Notes under the pieces: generated by a model
What the model was told of the DNA's origin: nothing
Seen by the model: only the letters and a program-made list of their open reading frames with translations
Databases searched by the model: none
Shown: positions 40,624-50,198 of the stretch, one piece after another
Position numbering within the stretch: the first letter of the stretch is position 1
How the letters are laid out: each line of letters starts with the position of its first letter
Made by a program: the position numbers and the translations under genes
DNA from: a virus
IMG/VR virus record: IMGVR_UViG_3300014720_000003
Location: 74,481 to 138,480 of that record
Direction: 5' to 3' (one strand)
Length of the DNA stretch: 64,000 bases

Positions 40624-41713
40624 ATATTTTATTGTGAGTGTTGTTAACTTGAATGAATGTTGTTTTTTTACCAAAGTCTTTAATTTTATTTGCTCCTATG
40701 TATGTACAAGCGCTACGAATGCCACCATAAATATCTTGTATAATTTCTGATACTAATCCTTTGTATGGTACAATAACAGATTTACCTTCTGCTGTTCTAT
40801 AATTTGCAACTCCATCATGGTGTTTATCCATAGCGTCTTTACTACTCATTCCATAGTATTTTAAGGATATCTTTCGCTTTATATTATTATCTTGAGGATC
40901 TATTGGTTGCCAAGTTCCTAGACTAGTTTTATATTCATAAAACCATTCTCCTTCACATTCGTCGCATCCTGCAAACATACTTCCTAACATTACAAAATCA
41001 CTATTCGCTCCAAACGCTTTACAAACATCTCCAACGGTTTTGCATCCTCCATCGCTGCAAATGTGTCCACCAAGACCATGAGCAGCGTCCGTACATTCCA
41101 TCACAGCGCTCAGTTGAGGATATCCCACGCCCGTTTTTAAACGAGTGGTGCATACGCTACCTGACCCTATACCAACCTTGACTATATCGGCCTTGCCGTG
41201 AATAATAAGTTCTTCCACCATTTCAGGCGTTACCACATTTCCTGCCATTATAATAATTTCTGGAAATAGTTTGCGAATATGTGCGGCTGTTTTCACAAAT
41301 TGTTCGGTATATCCATTTGCAACATCCAAACACACATTGGGAATATAGCCTCTGCTAAGTTCTACGGTTTTAAAAACACGCTCTAGTTTTTCTATATCTT
41401 TTTTGGATGTGCCTGTTGAATACCAAATATAATCAGTTCGTTTAAGAAATAAATTAACTAATACGTCTTCATCATAGTGTTTGTGTAAGCACGTTATCGC
41501 TTTATGAACCAATAATGATTGCGCCATATTAATGGTTCCAACAGTATCCATGTTGGCCGCAATGATTGGAACACAACTTAATTCTCGGGGACTATGAACA
41601 AATCTGAATGAACGATGTAAATCAACTTCTGATCGACTCTTTAATACTGAGCGCTTTGGTCGAATCAAAACATCATCAAAATCTAACTTAATTTCATTAA
41701 TTATTTTTTGCAT
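40610..41713 (-). CDS. guaC: GMP reductase
   Basis: LDFDDVLIRPKRS, ANMD, DVANGY, KVGIGSGSVCTTR, YGMSS. Confidence 0.93.
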   Translation of the reverse strand: MQKIINEIKLDFDDVLIRPKRSVLKSRSEVDLHRSFRFVHSPRELSCVPIIAANMDTVGTINMAQSLLVHKAITCLHKHYDEDVLVNLFLKRTDYIWYSTGTSKKDIEKLERVFKTVELSRGYIPNVCLDVANGYTEQFVKTAAHIRKLFPEIIIMAGNVVTPEMVEELIIHGKADIVKVGIGSGSVCTTRLKTGVGYPQLSAVMECTDAAHGLGGHICSDGGCKTVGDVCKAFGANSDFVMLGSMFAGCDECEGEWFYEYKTSLGTWQPIDPQDNNIKRKISLKYYGMSSKDAMDKHHDGVANYRTAEGKSVIVPYKGLVSEIIQDIYGGIRSACTYIGANKIKDFGKKTTFIQVNNTHNKIYEKS

Positions 41714-42236
41714 TGAAGAAATACCATCTATTGTGAGAATTTATTTCTGACCATGAATTAATATGTATTACATACTCTTTGACTTGATCCCACGAAGAAA
41801 ATATCATTTCATGAGGAATAGTTCCAAATAGCCAATCTGGAGCGTGTTGCTTACCCTGCACCATATGTATGATAATAGGTTTTTTCTGTCTATTTGCCCA
41901 AAAAATTTCTTCGTATGTGCCACACGGATGAATATCTAGATCTAAATTAACTATTAAAAAATCACTAATATCTACGAGTCTTAAGTCTACGGATCGTATA
42001 ACTTTCATTAACTGGGACAGTTCATCATAGTTTTTTTCTAGTTTGAGTTTGATCTTGTGTTTATGGGTTTGTTCATCTTCTTGACCAACAATAGTAGGTT
42101 TTTTAATAGGATTGAAAACAATGACTCCTAAATCTTGTAAGAATGGAGTAATATCATCTCTCCATCCACTCCCCCTATCATGAACACGATCCATAGCGCC
42201 AGCTAAATAGACTCTTTGATTTTTTAAACGATTCAT
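41697..42236 (-). CDS. Nucleoside 2-deoxyribosyltransferase/nucleotide N-hydrolase-like protein
   Basis: VYLAGAM, WR, FNP, DL..V..SD, GTYEE. Confidence 0.7.
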   Translation of the reverse strand: MNRLKNQRVYLAGAMDRVHDRGSGWRDDITPFLQDLGVIVFNPIKKPTIVGQEDEQTHKHKIKLKLEKNYDELSQLMKVIRSVDLRLVDISDFLIVNLDLDIHPCGTYEEIFWANRQKKPIIIHMVQGKQHAPDWLFGTIPHEMIFSSWDQVKEYVIHINSWSEINSHNRWYFFNAKNN

Positions 42237-42304
42237 ATTTTACTTGTTAATCTGTGCCAAACCATTAAAGATACCAACTATTATAGCTAAAGCAACTAGA
42301 ATTG

Positions 42305-43183
42305 TCATGCGACACTCTCTATGTGTTCTGATGAAAGTAACATAGTTTGAGAGGGATTTAGAAAAAGATTAAAATTGTTATCTTTAGAAAATATATCGTG
42401 ATGAAACATCACATGCTCACAATCATGTCCACTATAATTACCCATTAAAAAAAAATTAGTTTTATAGATCGCCATGCCTCCAAATCCACTATTTATTCTA
42501 ATAGGATCGGAACCGACCGGCAAGATATGTATTCCAAACCACATCATTGGGTCATATCTGATATCTGCGCCGTTATGTGTTTGTAGGTTATTCCACCAAG
42601 TTCCCCTATAAGCCCAAGAGTCATAATTCCATAATGATTTATGTTCTTTAGAAAATATATGTTTGTATTCAAAACTATTGCCACATATTGCTCCTATAGT
42701 TGGTATTGATGCTAACCAGCCAAAAGAATTATAGATACCATTAAGACTAATACTTTCAAAATCAGTATCTGTTACAATTACATAATCATAATTAGCATAC
42801 TGTTCTTGAATATACTGTTTTAGTTTATTTCTATATTCAGATAATGCTTTTGTCCTCTCTGTAGATTGTACTTGACCAAACTGAGGTCTGTTATATTGTT
42901 CAGAAATGAGGGAGATATTAGGATTGTTTTTGATTCTATTTTCAATAGTAGTTTTAGTATGATCTGTGGAATCATTTTCGAATAATACTATTTTGTAGTT
43001 TTTGGCATTTGAACCAATATTTACAAATGTATTAAGAGTATTATCGATAATATTAGCTGTATTTCTAGTTAAACCAACTATACAAATATTTTGTGTTTGT
43101 AGGTATTTTATGCCTCTTTTAATATAAAAGTGGTATTTACTGACAAACTCCCTGGTTGGGCGCAACAATTCTTCTATGTTCAT
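42305..43183 (-). CDS. GT-A glycosyltransferase (CAP59/cryptococcal mannosyltransferase-like)
   Basis: ENDSTD, R...L..YRN, DTD, SGFGGMAIY, CEH. Confidence 0.65.
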   Translation of the reverse strand: MNIEELLRPTREFVSKYHFYIKRGIKYLQTQNICIVGLTRNTANIIDNTLNTFVNIGSNAKNYKIVLFENDSTDHTKTTIENRIKNNPNISLISEQYNRPQFGQVQSTERTKALSEYRNKLKQYIQEQYANYDYVIVTDTDFESISLNGIYNSFGWLASIPTIGAICGNSFEYKHIFSKEHKSLWNYDSWAYRGTWWNNLQTHNGADIRYDPMMWFGIHILPVGSDPIRINSGFGGMAIYKTNFFLMGNYSGHDCEHVMFHHDIFSKDNNFNLFLNPSQTMLLSSEHIESVA

Positions 43184-43210
43184 AGAATAATCATTTCTAT
43201 GTCAAAAAGA

Positions 43211-44209
43211 TTATTTGTTAACATTTATTTGTTCTTCTATCCAATGATATGTTTTTGTTAAACCATCAATTAAACTCAATGATGGTTTCCATCCTAATTT
43301 TTCTCCTATTAGATTATTATCAGAATTTCTTCCATTTACCCCAACAGGTCCATCAATATTATTGATTAAGATATTTTTACCAGATATTGTAATAATCATT
43401 TTGGCAAAATCATTGATACTCACCATTTCTTCTGAACCAATATTAACTGGTCCAGTGAAGTTTGATCTCATTAATCTTATTGTTCCTTCCACACATTCAT
43501 CAATATATAGAAAAGATCTAGTTTGTGTGCCACTACCCCATACCTCAATACTAGAATTATCTTGTGCTAGAATAACTTTTCTACAAAGTGCCGCCGGTGC
43601 TTTTTCTCTGCCTCCATCATAAGTTCCTTCTGGTCCAAAAATATTATGATATCTTGCAATTCTAATTGTTAAATTATAGTTTCTAGCAAATGCCATAAAC
43701 ATTCTCTCGCTTAGTAGTTTTTCCCAGCCATACTCACTATCTGGTGCGGCAGGGTAGGCGCTATCTTCATTACATTTTGGATTATCTGGATCCTCTTGAT
43801 TATATGCCGGGTATATACAAGCACTACTACTATAAAATAATCTTTTAACAGATTTCTTAACTGCTTCGTGCGCAACATTAAGATTGATTAGTGCGGAGTT
43901 GTGCATCACATTAGCATCGTTATCTCCTGTAAAAATATATCCTGCTCCACCCATATCAGCAGCTAATTGATATACTTCATCAAAACCATTATCTTTATTT
44001 TGTTCTGTGACTTGATTTGGAGCAAGCATAATACTAGCCACAACACTTGGATCTCTTAAATCTCCTAACACCATATCATCCGCTACAGAAGGCGAAAAAT
44101 CTGGAAGTTTAATATCAACAGCCCTTACCCAAAAACCTTCATTTTTTAATCTTCTAACTAAATGAGATCCGATAAATCCACCACCACCCATAACTAATGC
44201 TGTTTTCAT
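43211..44209 (-). CDS. GDP-mannose 3',5'-epimerase-like SDR
   Basis: GGGGFIG, LAADMGGAG, SSACIYP, YGWEK, EKAPAA.CRK, GRNSDN. Confidence 0.88.
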   Translation of the reverse strand: MKTALVMGGGGFIGSHLVRRLKNEGFWVRAVDIKLPDFSPSVADDMVLGDLRDPSVVASIMLAPNQVTEQNKDNGFDEVYQLAADMGGAGYIFTGDNDANVMHNSALINLNVAHEAVKKSVKRLFYSSSACIYPAYNQEDPDNPKCNEDSAYPAAPDSEYGWEKLLSERMFMAFARNYNLTIRIARYHNIFGPEGTYDGGREKAPAALCRKVILAQDNSSIEVWGSGTQTRSFLYIDECVEGTIRLMRSNFTGPVNIGSEEMVSINDFAKMIITISGKNILINNIDGPVGVNGRNSDNNLIGEKLGWKPSLSLIDGLTKTYHWIEEQINVNK

Positions 44210-44230
44210 TTTTAATTATCTTTCTATTTT

Positions 44231-45835
44231 TTAGTGCCATGCTTCGCCATAAATAGGTAGATCAGCATGATAGGCGATTGATCCTCTATCCATAAAAACT
44301 TTACCACCATTCGCTCTCAGAGCAGCACAAACTGTAAAATGATCAGTAAAACATGGATGATCTTCATACTGAACTTTATCTTCATTAACTTTATGGTTTG
44401 TAACACCCGCTATATTAAAAGTGTCTATGAGTTCATTTTTCATATCTCCATACGATAATGAAAAAACTTTTGATGGTACAACATATGTGCATCCGACACA
44501 ATCAATTTCTACTAACCTTGAATTATCATCAACATATGGGGGCGTTAAATTGAAGTTTCGTTCTTGAACAGAGAGGTTCTTTATATATTTCCCATAGGGT
44601 CCATATAAGGATGTATTCCCCTTCTTTTGAAATCCACACCAATCATAAAACACTATTGAATTTTGTATCAATGCTACTGGTGCTGTTATACCTTCAGGAT
44701 TTAGTCCTATGGCTCTTGTTAAGAAATTATGGGGATAGTCTATCATATCACTATCTATAATGTAGAGATAGTCATAATTAGATATTGGATATTTTTCTAT
44801 CATCATATTGCGTATTCGTTTTACTCTTGACCAAGGTGTATAATCCGTTGGTTCTTTACCTACTCTATCATTATCTAGAGCAAAATCTATATTTAAATTA
44901 CGATTAACTTCTTTAAGTTTTTCACAATGATAGAGCATAGTATTTAAGAAATAGGGGTTTTGAGTTTCTAGATATGCTATCATCACTAATACTGATGGTT
45001 TTTTATTAAACTTACTGAATGTTTTTGCTATTTTCTGTTCTTCTTCATTTTTATCAATGGACGTTAGATCTGATAAATAGTTAATAAATTTTTGAGACTC
45101 GTTTTCTTTTACATAATTATAAGCAATATCTTTTTCTTGAACGCTTAATAAACGTCCAACAATTCTGATACTAAAGTACGAAATAAAAAAATCTTGTACA
45201 CTATCAATCAATTCCTTGAAAGTTTTTAATTTAGGATTTAGAGACTCTACAAATGTTTTTGTTCCGCAGGTATTAACTTGTTTATTAAATAATGTTTTCC
45301 ATATGTTGGATATAGTCATATAGATAATATAGTATTGTAAATTTTTGATATTTTTGATAGATTCATTAAATTTATCTGTATTGAAACAATATTCTAGATG
45401 AGGAAATATTGTAAATGGTAAATTATTTGTACCTATATGAATAAGAGATTTTTTAACTGTATTTATTCTAGCTATTAGCTGATCTTTAGTATAAGAATCA
45501 TTATCAATTTTAATTATTAATTCTATTAAATTTGTTAGTAATTCTTTGTATGGAGAATTATCAATTATAGATAAATCATCTGATTTTATATAGGCTACTC
45601 TATCACCAGTCAAGGAATTGAAGTTCTCAGCATTAATTATTTTTAGGTATTCTTCTGATGATAAAAGTTGATTCTCTATATATATATGCCCATTAGGACG
45701 GTCTAGTTCCTTTATATATGTTGCTATTCCAGACGGATCAGCATCTCTTTTGAGAATTTTATTATATATGACATTTAATTGAGATAATTTCTTAAGGCGA
45801 TTTGCTAATTCTATTTGCTGTGTAGTTGTAGACAT
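44231..45835 (-). CDS. DUF4214-like domain + Anp1/GT62-like glycosyltransferase
   Basis: YNKILKRDADPSG; RIRN, IDSDM, FYD, IDCVG. Confidence 0.55.
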   Translation of the reverse strand: MSTTTQQIELANRLKKLSQLNVIYNKILKRDADPSGIATYIKELDRPNGHIYIENQLLSSEEYLKIINAENFNSLTGDRVAYIKSDDLSIIDNSPYKELLTNLIELIIKIDNDSYTKDQLIARINTVKKSLIHIGTNNLPFTIFPHLEYCFNTDKFNESIKNIKNLQYYIIYMTISNIWKTLFNKQVNTCGTKTFVESLNPKLKTFKELIDSVQDFFISYFSIRIVGRLLSVQEKDIAYNYVKENESQKFINYLSDLTSIDKNEEEQKIAKTFSKFNKKPSVLVMIAYLETQNPYFLNTMLYHCEKLKEVNRNLNIDFALDNDRVGKEPTDYTPWSRVKRIRNMMIEKYPISNYDYLYIIDSDMIDYPHNFLTRAIGLNPEGITAPVALIQNSIVFYDWCGFQKKGNTSLYGPYGKYIKNLSVQERNFNLTPPYVDDNSRLVEIDCVGCTYVVPSKVFSLSYGDMKNELIDTFNIAGVTNHKVNEDKVQYEDHPCFTDHFTVCAALRANGGKVFMDRGSIAYHADLPIYGEAWH

Positions 45836-45839
45836 TGAA

Positions 45840-46076
45840 TTACCATTTATTAATAGGACATTTTTGATCGGACCACGCTAATTTATTGAGAAATTGTTTT
45901 TTTTGATTAATATTACATCCGCACATATTACATAACTGATTTATAGTATCATATTTTTCACACCTTATACATATATCATATCTTCTATATATCTCTTTTT
46001 GTGTGCTTTTTGGCAGTCCTCTCGATATATGCCAAAATAAAGATTTAAGAAAAGTTTGAAACCTAATAAATATCAT
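45840..46076 (-). CDS. Small Cys-rich protein
   Basis: RYDIC..C...C..CGC...CP..KW. Confidence 0.65.
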   Translation of the reverse strand: MIFIRFQTFLKSLFWHISRGLPKSTQKEIYRRYDICIRCEKYDTINQLCNMCGCNINQKKQFLNKLAWSDQKCPINKW

Positions 46077-46297
46077 GTTTTTGGAGTTACTTTTATAGGT
46101 ATGACATTGTTATCTTTATCTAAATAATAGATTGGATTAATATCTATAACAACATTAGGTTTTAACCAGAATGGGTTTCCGTTATCCAATCTATAAGATA
46201 ATCTATCTCCACTCTTCTTAAAATCTGTTGTTAAGATAAATAATTTATTTTCAAATACAAAACAATCACCGGGACTAATTTCCTCCAAATATTTCAT
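46073..46297 (-). CDS. Hypothetical protein
   Basis: Coupled ORF. Confidence 0.55.
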   Translation of the reverse strand: MKYLEEISPGDCFVFENKLFILTTDFKKSGDRLSYRLDNGNPFWLKPNVVIDINPIYYLDKDNNVIPIKVTPKT

Positions 46298-46485
46298 TAG
46301 TATTTCCCATAATAATCAATATCATCTAGAATCTCATCCTCGATAATCTCTCTCATTTTATTCTTGAATGCTTTTTTAGCTTTATTGGCAAACTTTTGAT
46401 CATCACTTATATGATCTTTATTCTTCTGTTTATTACCAATAGGTTTACGAGATTTTCTTTTATCTCTATCAAAATCATCGGCCAT
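46297..46485 (-). CDS. Hypothetical protein
   Basis: Charged 62-aa ORF downstream of a promoter. Confidence 0.55.
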   Translation of the reverse strand: MADDFDRDKRKSRKPIGNKQKNKDHISDDQKFANKAKKAFKNKMREIIEDEILDDIDYYGKY

Positions 46486-46509
46486 TTATACCATATCTCC
46501 GTTTTCTTT

Positions 46510-46538
46510 AATATAGGTGTGAAGACAGTTTCGGTCAA
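46510..46538 (-). promoter_or_regulatory. Sigma70-type promoter
   Basis: TTGACC-N17-TATATT. Confidence 0.45.
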
Positions 46539-46541
46539 GTT

Positions 46542-47300
46542 TTATCGTTTTTTATTTTTTCGGATCCAGTCAATAAATCTAGATACTCTAGTATGACCAG
46601 ACTCATCGCCGTATCCAGAGTTTGTATTTTTATCAGCGGCCATAACACAAGAATTTATTCCAACTAATTCATTGCCCCAATACATTGGACCACCACTATC
46701 TCCACTTGCTATGAGAAATTCTAGCGATGTTCTATTTGGATTATCATATCTAGAAGGAGAACATATTAACATATCTTTAAACACACCATCAATAACATTA
46801 GATCCTGCTCTTTTTTTACCATCACAAGTTCTTTCGCTCCCAGTAAAAGTTCCAGTAAATCCGTATCCCGCTATTGAAACTGTTTGACCCACCTCATCAT
46901 CTCCTTCATAAAGTTTTGGATAAAAATCCAATCTAAATGGTTTTTCTGAATAACCCAATGCTATATCTGCTATTCCAAAACTATCTTCATTATAGTTCTC
47001 GTGAATAATAATTTCAGAAATACAGTATTTTTTACCATTTACCGTGAAGATACAATTACTAGCATTTGTCGCAACGTGAGCAGCGGTCAGAATATGGTGA
47101 TCATCTATGGCAACAGCGGATGCTCCAAAAAATTTGAAAGTATCATCTCCGTAATTACCAGACAGTGTACCAGTATGAACAAATTGATTGCCATACTCTA
47201 TATATTTTGAATCTGGTACGTTGGGGTCAATTGTTCCAGCAATACCGAATGGGATGATTGTGATAAATAATATTAACAGTATATATTTGAGTTTATACAT
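46542..47300 (-). CDS. Exported trypsin-like serine protease
   Basis: Signal peptide; TAAHV, DIAL, GDSGGP. Confidence 0.9.
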   Translation of the reverse strand: MYKLKYILLILFITIIPFGIAGTIDPNVPDSKYIEYGNQFVHTGTLSGNYGDDTFKFFGASAVAIDDHHILTAAHVATNASNCIFTVNGKKYCISEIIIHENYNEDSFGIADIALGYSEKPFRLDFYPKLYEGDDEVGQTVSIAGYGFTGTFTGSERTCDGKKRAGSNVIDGVFKDMLICSPSRYDNPNRTSLEFLIASGDSGGPMYWGNELVGINSCVMAADKNTNSGYGDESGHTRVSRFIDWIRKNKKR

Positions 47301-47310
47301 CTTATCACCT

Positions 47311-47625
47311 TTAAGAAAAGCTAGGTTTATTTTTAACCTTATTTAAATACACTTTACAATCTTTTACTACGTCTTTATTCCAACTTTTATAATCCATTAA
47401 GTGGCCAAATAAGAAATGACAAGGATCATCACACAAAGTAATAAGATTAGTTGGGTCTAATTCCCTATCTGGATTACAATGAACCGGCTCTATATGGTGA
47501 ACCTCTAATTTTTTATTTCTTCCACAAGCCGCACAAGTTGGCTGACTATTGAGATGCTCTTTCCTAACGCTGCTCCATTTTGGAGAACGATACGCGAATC
47601 TTAGAAATTTTTTAAATCCAAACAT
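47311..47625 (-). CDS. Small HNH endonuclease
   Basis: W..VR...CAACG...VHHI.P...NLITLC...CH. Confidence 0.85.
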   Translation of the reverse strand: MFGFKKFLRFAYRSPKWSSVRKEHLNSQPTCAACGRNKKLEVHHIEPVHCNPDRELDPTNLITLCDDPCHFLFGHLMDYKSWNKDVVKDCKVYLNKVKNKPSFS

Positions 47626-47631
47626 TGTTTT

Positions 47632-48633
47632 TTATAATACTTTGGATGCTATCAAACAACCCTTAGATACAGCGTGTAGTGGATCACTAGCATGGGCTAC
47701 TTCTCTTATTGGTAGGGGAAAATCGTTGTCTTTGAGTTTTGCTGTAAAATGTTCTATATATCCTTTGGCTTGTGATGTGCCTCCAGCAACCACAATTTTA
47801 AGCGGACTTTTGAATTTGGGCAATGATTTATGATTGGTTAATGCAAAAGCTAATTGTTTAGCCGTATAATCTATAAGTCTTTCATAATAAGCAGACACGG
47901 CGGATAACACAGGATTATCATTGGGTTCACCGATTTTAAAATCGCCCCCCTCCTTCTCTGCCTGAACAACACTGTCTGGCTCCCCGGTTGCTACAGCGCT
48001 CATACGATCAATCCAGTCGCCGCTCTTGGTGGTACTAAAAACTACTGTTGGTTCGCCGTTAAGCATCACACAAACATTTGTCATACCAGCACCACAACTA
48101 ATAGCAACGCCGGTATAATCATCGCTCTCTAGTTCCGCATAGCATAATGCTTCTGCTTCGTTGATTGAGCGAGCATCATAACCACACTCTGCTAATACAG
48201 TTTTTACCACATCCTCATGATATCCCACATCAAAATCCTCATCTTCTTGGTCTACTGGTTGAGCAGGAACGCAGAACACTAACTTTTCTCCTGACTCCGA
48301 TGCTGTTCCGACTACTTCTTTGAGAATAAAAGCAAGGATGCGTTTTGCATCTTTTTCTTTTGCTGATACAACACCCCTATACATGGGCCGTTTTGCCGCA
48401 TCATTTCTTTCAACGGCTTTTTCTATAGCATCTTTACCCAGAATAATAAATGATCCGTCAGAATCTTTGATAAAAATCTTGCCAGACAAACCTTTCTCGA
48501 TCATTTTGGTGGCTACTGGGGTGGTGGGTTTGATAATATAAAATGCGTCTCTAAAATCTTTGTATTGTATATTACCATCAACTTCTTGTGATAATACAAT
48601 AAAACTTGTGCCCACATCTAATCCACGACTCAT
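47632..48633 (-). CDS. Actin-family ATPase (volactin-like)
   Basis: Phosphate-1 GLDVGT, connect-1 INEAEA, phosphate-2 SCGAGMTN, adenosine AGGTS, connect-2 PLHAVSKG. Confidence 0.85.
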   Translation of the reverse strand: MSRGLDVGTSFIVLSQEVDGNIQYKDFRDAFYIIKPTTPVATKMIEKGLSGKIFIKDSDGSFIILGKDAIEKAVERNDAAKRPMYRGVVSAKEKDAKRILAFILKEVVGTASESGEKLVFCVPAQPVDQEDEDFDVGYHEDVVKTVLAECGYDARSINEAEALCYAELESDDYTGVAISCGAGMTNVCVMLNGEPTVVFSTTKSGDWIDRMSAVATGEPDSVVQAEKEGGDFKIGEPNDNPVLSAVSAYYERLIDYTAKQLAFALTNHKSLPKFKSPLKIVVAGGTSQAKGYIEHFTAKLKDNDFPLPIREVAHASDPLHAVSKGCLIASKVL

Positions 48634-48637
48634 AATA

Positions 48638-48964
48638 TTACCTCTTTAAGTTTTTCAGTTTGTTGACCGAGTTAGAAATATTTTCTGTTGTTTGCTTGAC
48701 ATCTCCAAGATTATCGTATTTACGCTCCATACCGTCTGTTTTAATATCTACCACAAATTTTTTATCATCAATAGATAAATTACTAATTATTTTTTCTGGT
48801 CTATCCTTTTGTTGTTTAAAAAAAGATTGTGGACTATTATATACACCTCTAGAGGTAAAGATTCCTATAAAATAGCCAATAAAACCACAAATCAGATTGA
48901 TTATGATTAGTATAGAAACTATGATAGCATCATTTGATAGATACATTTGATAACCATTGTTCAT
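48638..48964 (-). CDS. Single-pass membrane protein upstream of the actin gene
   Basis: N-terminal TM segment; amphipathic basic C-terminal helix. Confidence 0.65.
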   Translation of the reverse strand: MNNGYQMYLSNDAIIVSILIIINLICGFIGYFIGIFTSRGVYNSPQSFFKQQKDRPEKIISNLSIDDKKFVVDIKTDGMERKYDNLGDVKQTTENISNSVNKLKNLKR

Positions 48965-49325
48965 ATTTTTTTCTTTCGTATCCTATTATAGAGGCTTTCT
49001 GTTTACCATCAACAATATATCTTGTATCTGGTAAACTCTTAATTTTATATTTATCTCTTAGTTCTTTTTCTTTAGTAATATCAATATAACATACAATTTT
49101 ACTATCTAATAAAGTGAGAAAATATCCATCGTCTATATCCTGTTTTAAGAGTCCACAGGCAGAACAAGATTTTGCACCAAATATAAGCACTATTGGTTGA
49201 TCAGTGGATTCTGATAGTGATTCTGCTATGTGTAAATCATTTACTACTGGAAAATCTGCGAATGATATTGGTATGGTAAGAGTTGATATAAAAATCATGA
49301 TGCATATAAGTAATAACTTTTTCAT
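48930..49325 (-). CDS. Exported thioredoxin-fold protein
   Basis: Signal peptide, FGAKSCSAC, cis-Pro loop KSLP. Confidence 0.75.
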   Translation of the reverse strand: MKKLLLICIMIFISTLTIPISFADFPVVNDLHIAESLSESTDQPIVLIFGAKSCSACGLLKQDIDDGYFLTLLDSKIVCYIDITKEKELRDKYKIKSLPDTRYIVDGKQKASIIGYERKKYEQWLSNVSIK

Positions 49326-49334
49326 AAAATCCCT

Positions 49335-50198
49335 TTAAGTTTGATTAGTTAATATATGTAATGGTTTATCAAAATAATGAAAATACATAGGATCATATTC
49401 TGGATTCCATAATCCTTCTTTTGATGTGTGTCCCCAAGGATCAAAAAACAACTCATGATTATTTACTGAATAACAGTATTCATTCCAATATTTTTTTATC
49501 ATATATGCTGGTGAAGAATGATACCATGATATAAAACAAGATCTATTAAAATTTGCACCAATATAAGCATGATAGCTTTTTCTTGATATTTCGAAGATAA
49601 ACAATCTATTATTTAGTGGTAAAACAGATTTGTATAATGAACCATCTAGATTTTCATAAACACCAGTTCCGCCCCCATCGTTTTCAGTAATATTTTCTGG
49701 ATGATCGAAATAATATAATAGAGCAACACTTCTACATAATTTATTAGTATTTGGTTGTAGATCCTGACTATCATCTTCGTATACACAATTAGGAGTCGCT
49801 ATATCTGCATTCGTATTAGCAAATGAACATATTGATAAGTCTCTATGTATAAAACCACTTTTGGATGGAGCTTTATGTAAATGTATAGCCGGTGCGATGT
49901 ATGGTGATGTAATTATATCAAACGTGTTTTCTACAAAACTTTTAAGAGTTTGAGATGCAAATAAATCAAATCCATTAATACATTCTTGTAATTTTAAACC
50001 CTTAATATATGCTTCATAATTACTACTATTTCTAGTTGTTTGATTATATGGTATAGTGTTTTGTATTAGAAATGAAAAATATGGAATAATCTGATTGTAT
50101 ATATTATTTTTAAGTAGATTATCTATAATAATATGTTTATATGGCTTTGTATAATGCTTAACGTCCAGATTATCTGATATATGAGGATGATCTAGCAT
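49335..50198 (-). CDS. 2OG-Fe(II) oxygenase
   Basis: HRD, GGGT, NRLFIF...SYH, R. Confidence 0.75.
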   Translation of the reverse strand: MLDHPHISDNLDVKHYTKPYKHIIIDNLLKNNIYNQIIPYFSFLIQNTIPYNQTTRNSSNYEAYIKGLKLQECINGFDLFASQTLKSFVENTFDIITSPYIAPAIHLHKAPSKSGFIHRDLSICSFANTNADIATPNCVYEDDSQDLQPNTNKLCRSVALLYYFDHPENITENDGGGTGVYENLDGSLYKSVLPLNNRLFIFEISRKSYHAYIGANFNRSCFISWYHSSPAYMIKKYWNEYCYSVNNHELFFDPWGHTSKEGLWNPEYDPMYFHYFDKPLHILTNQT

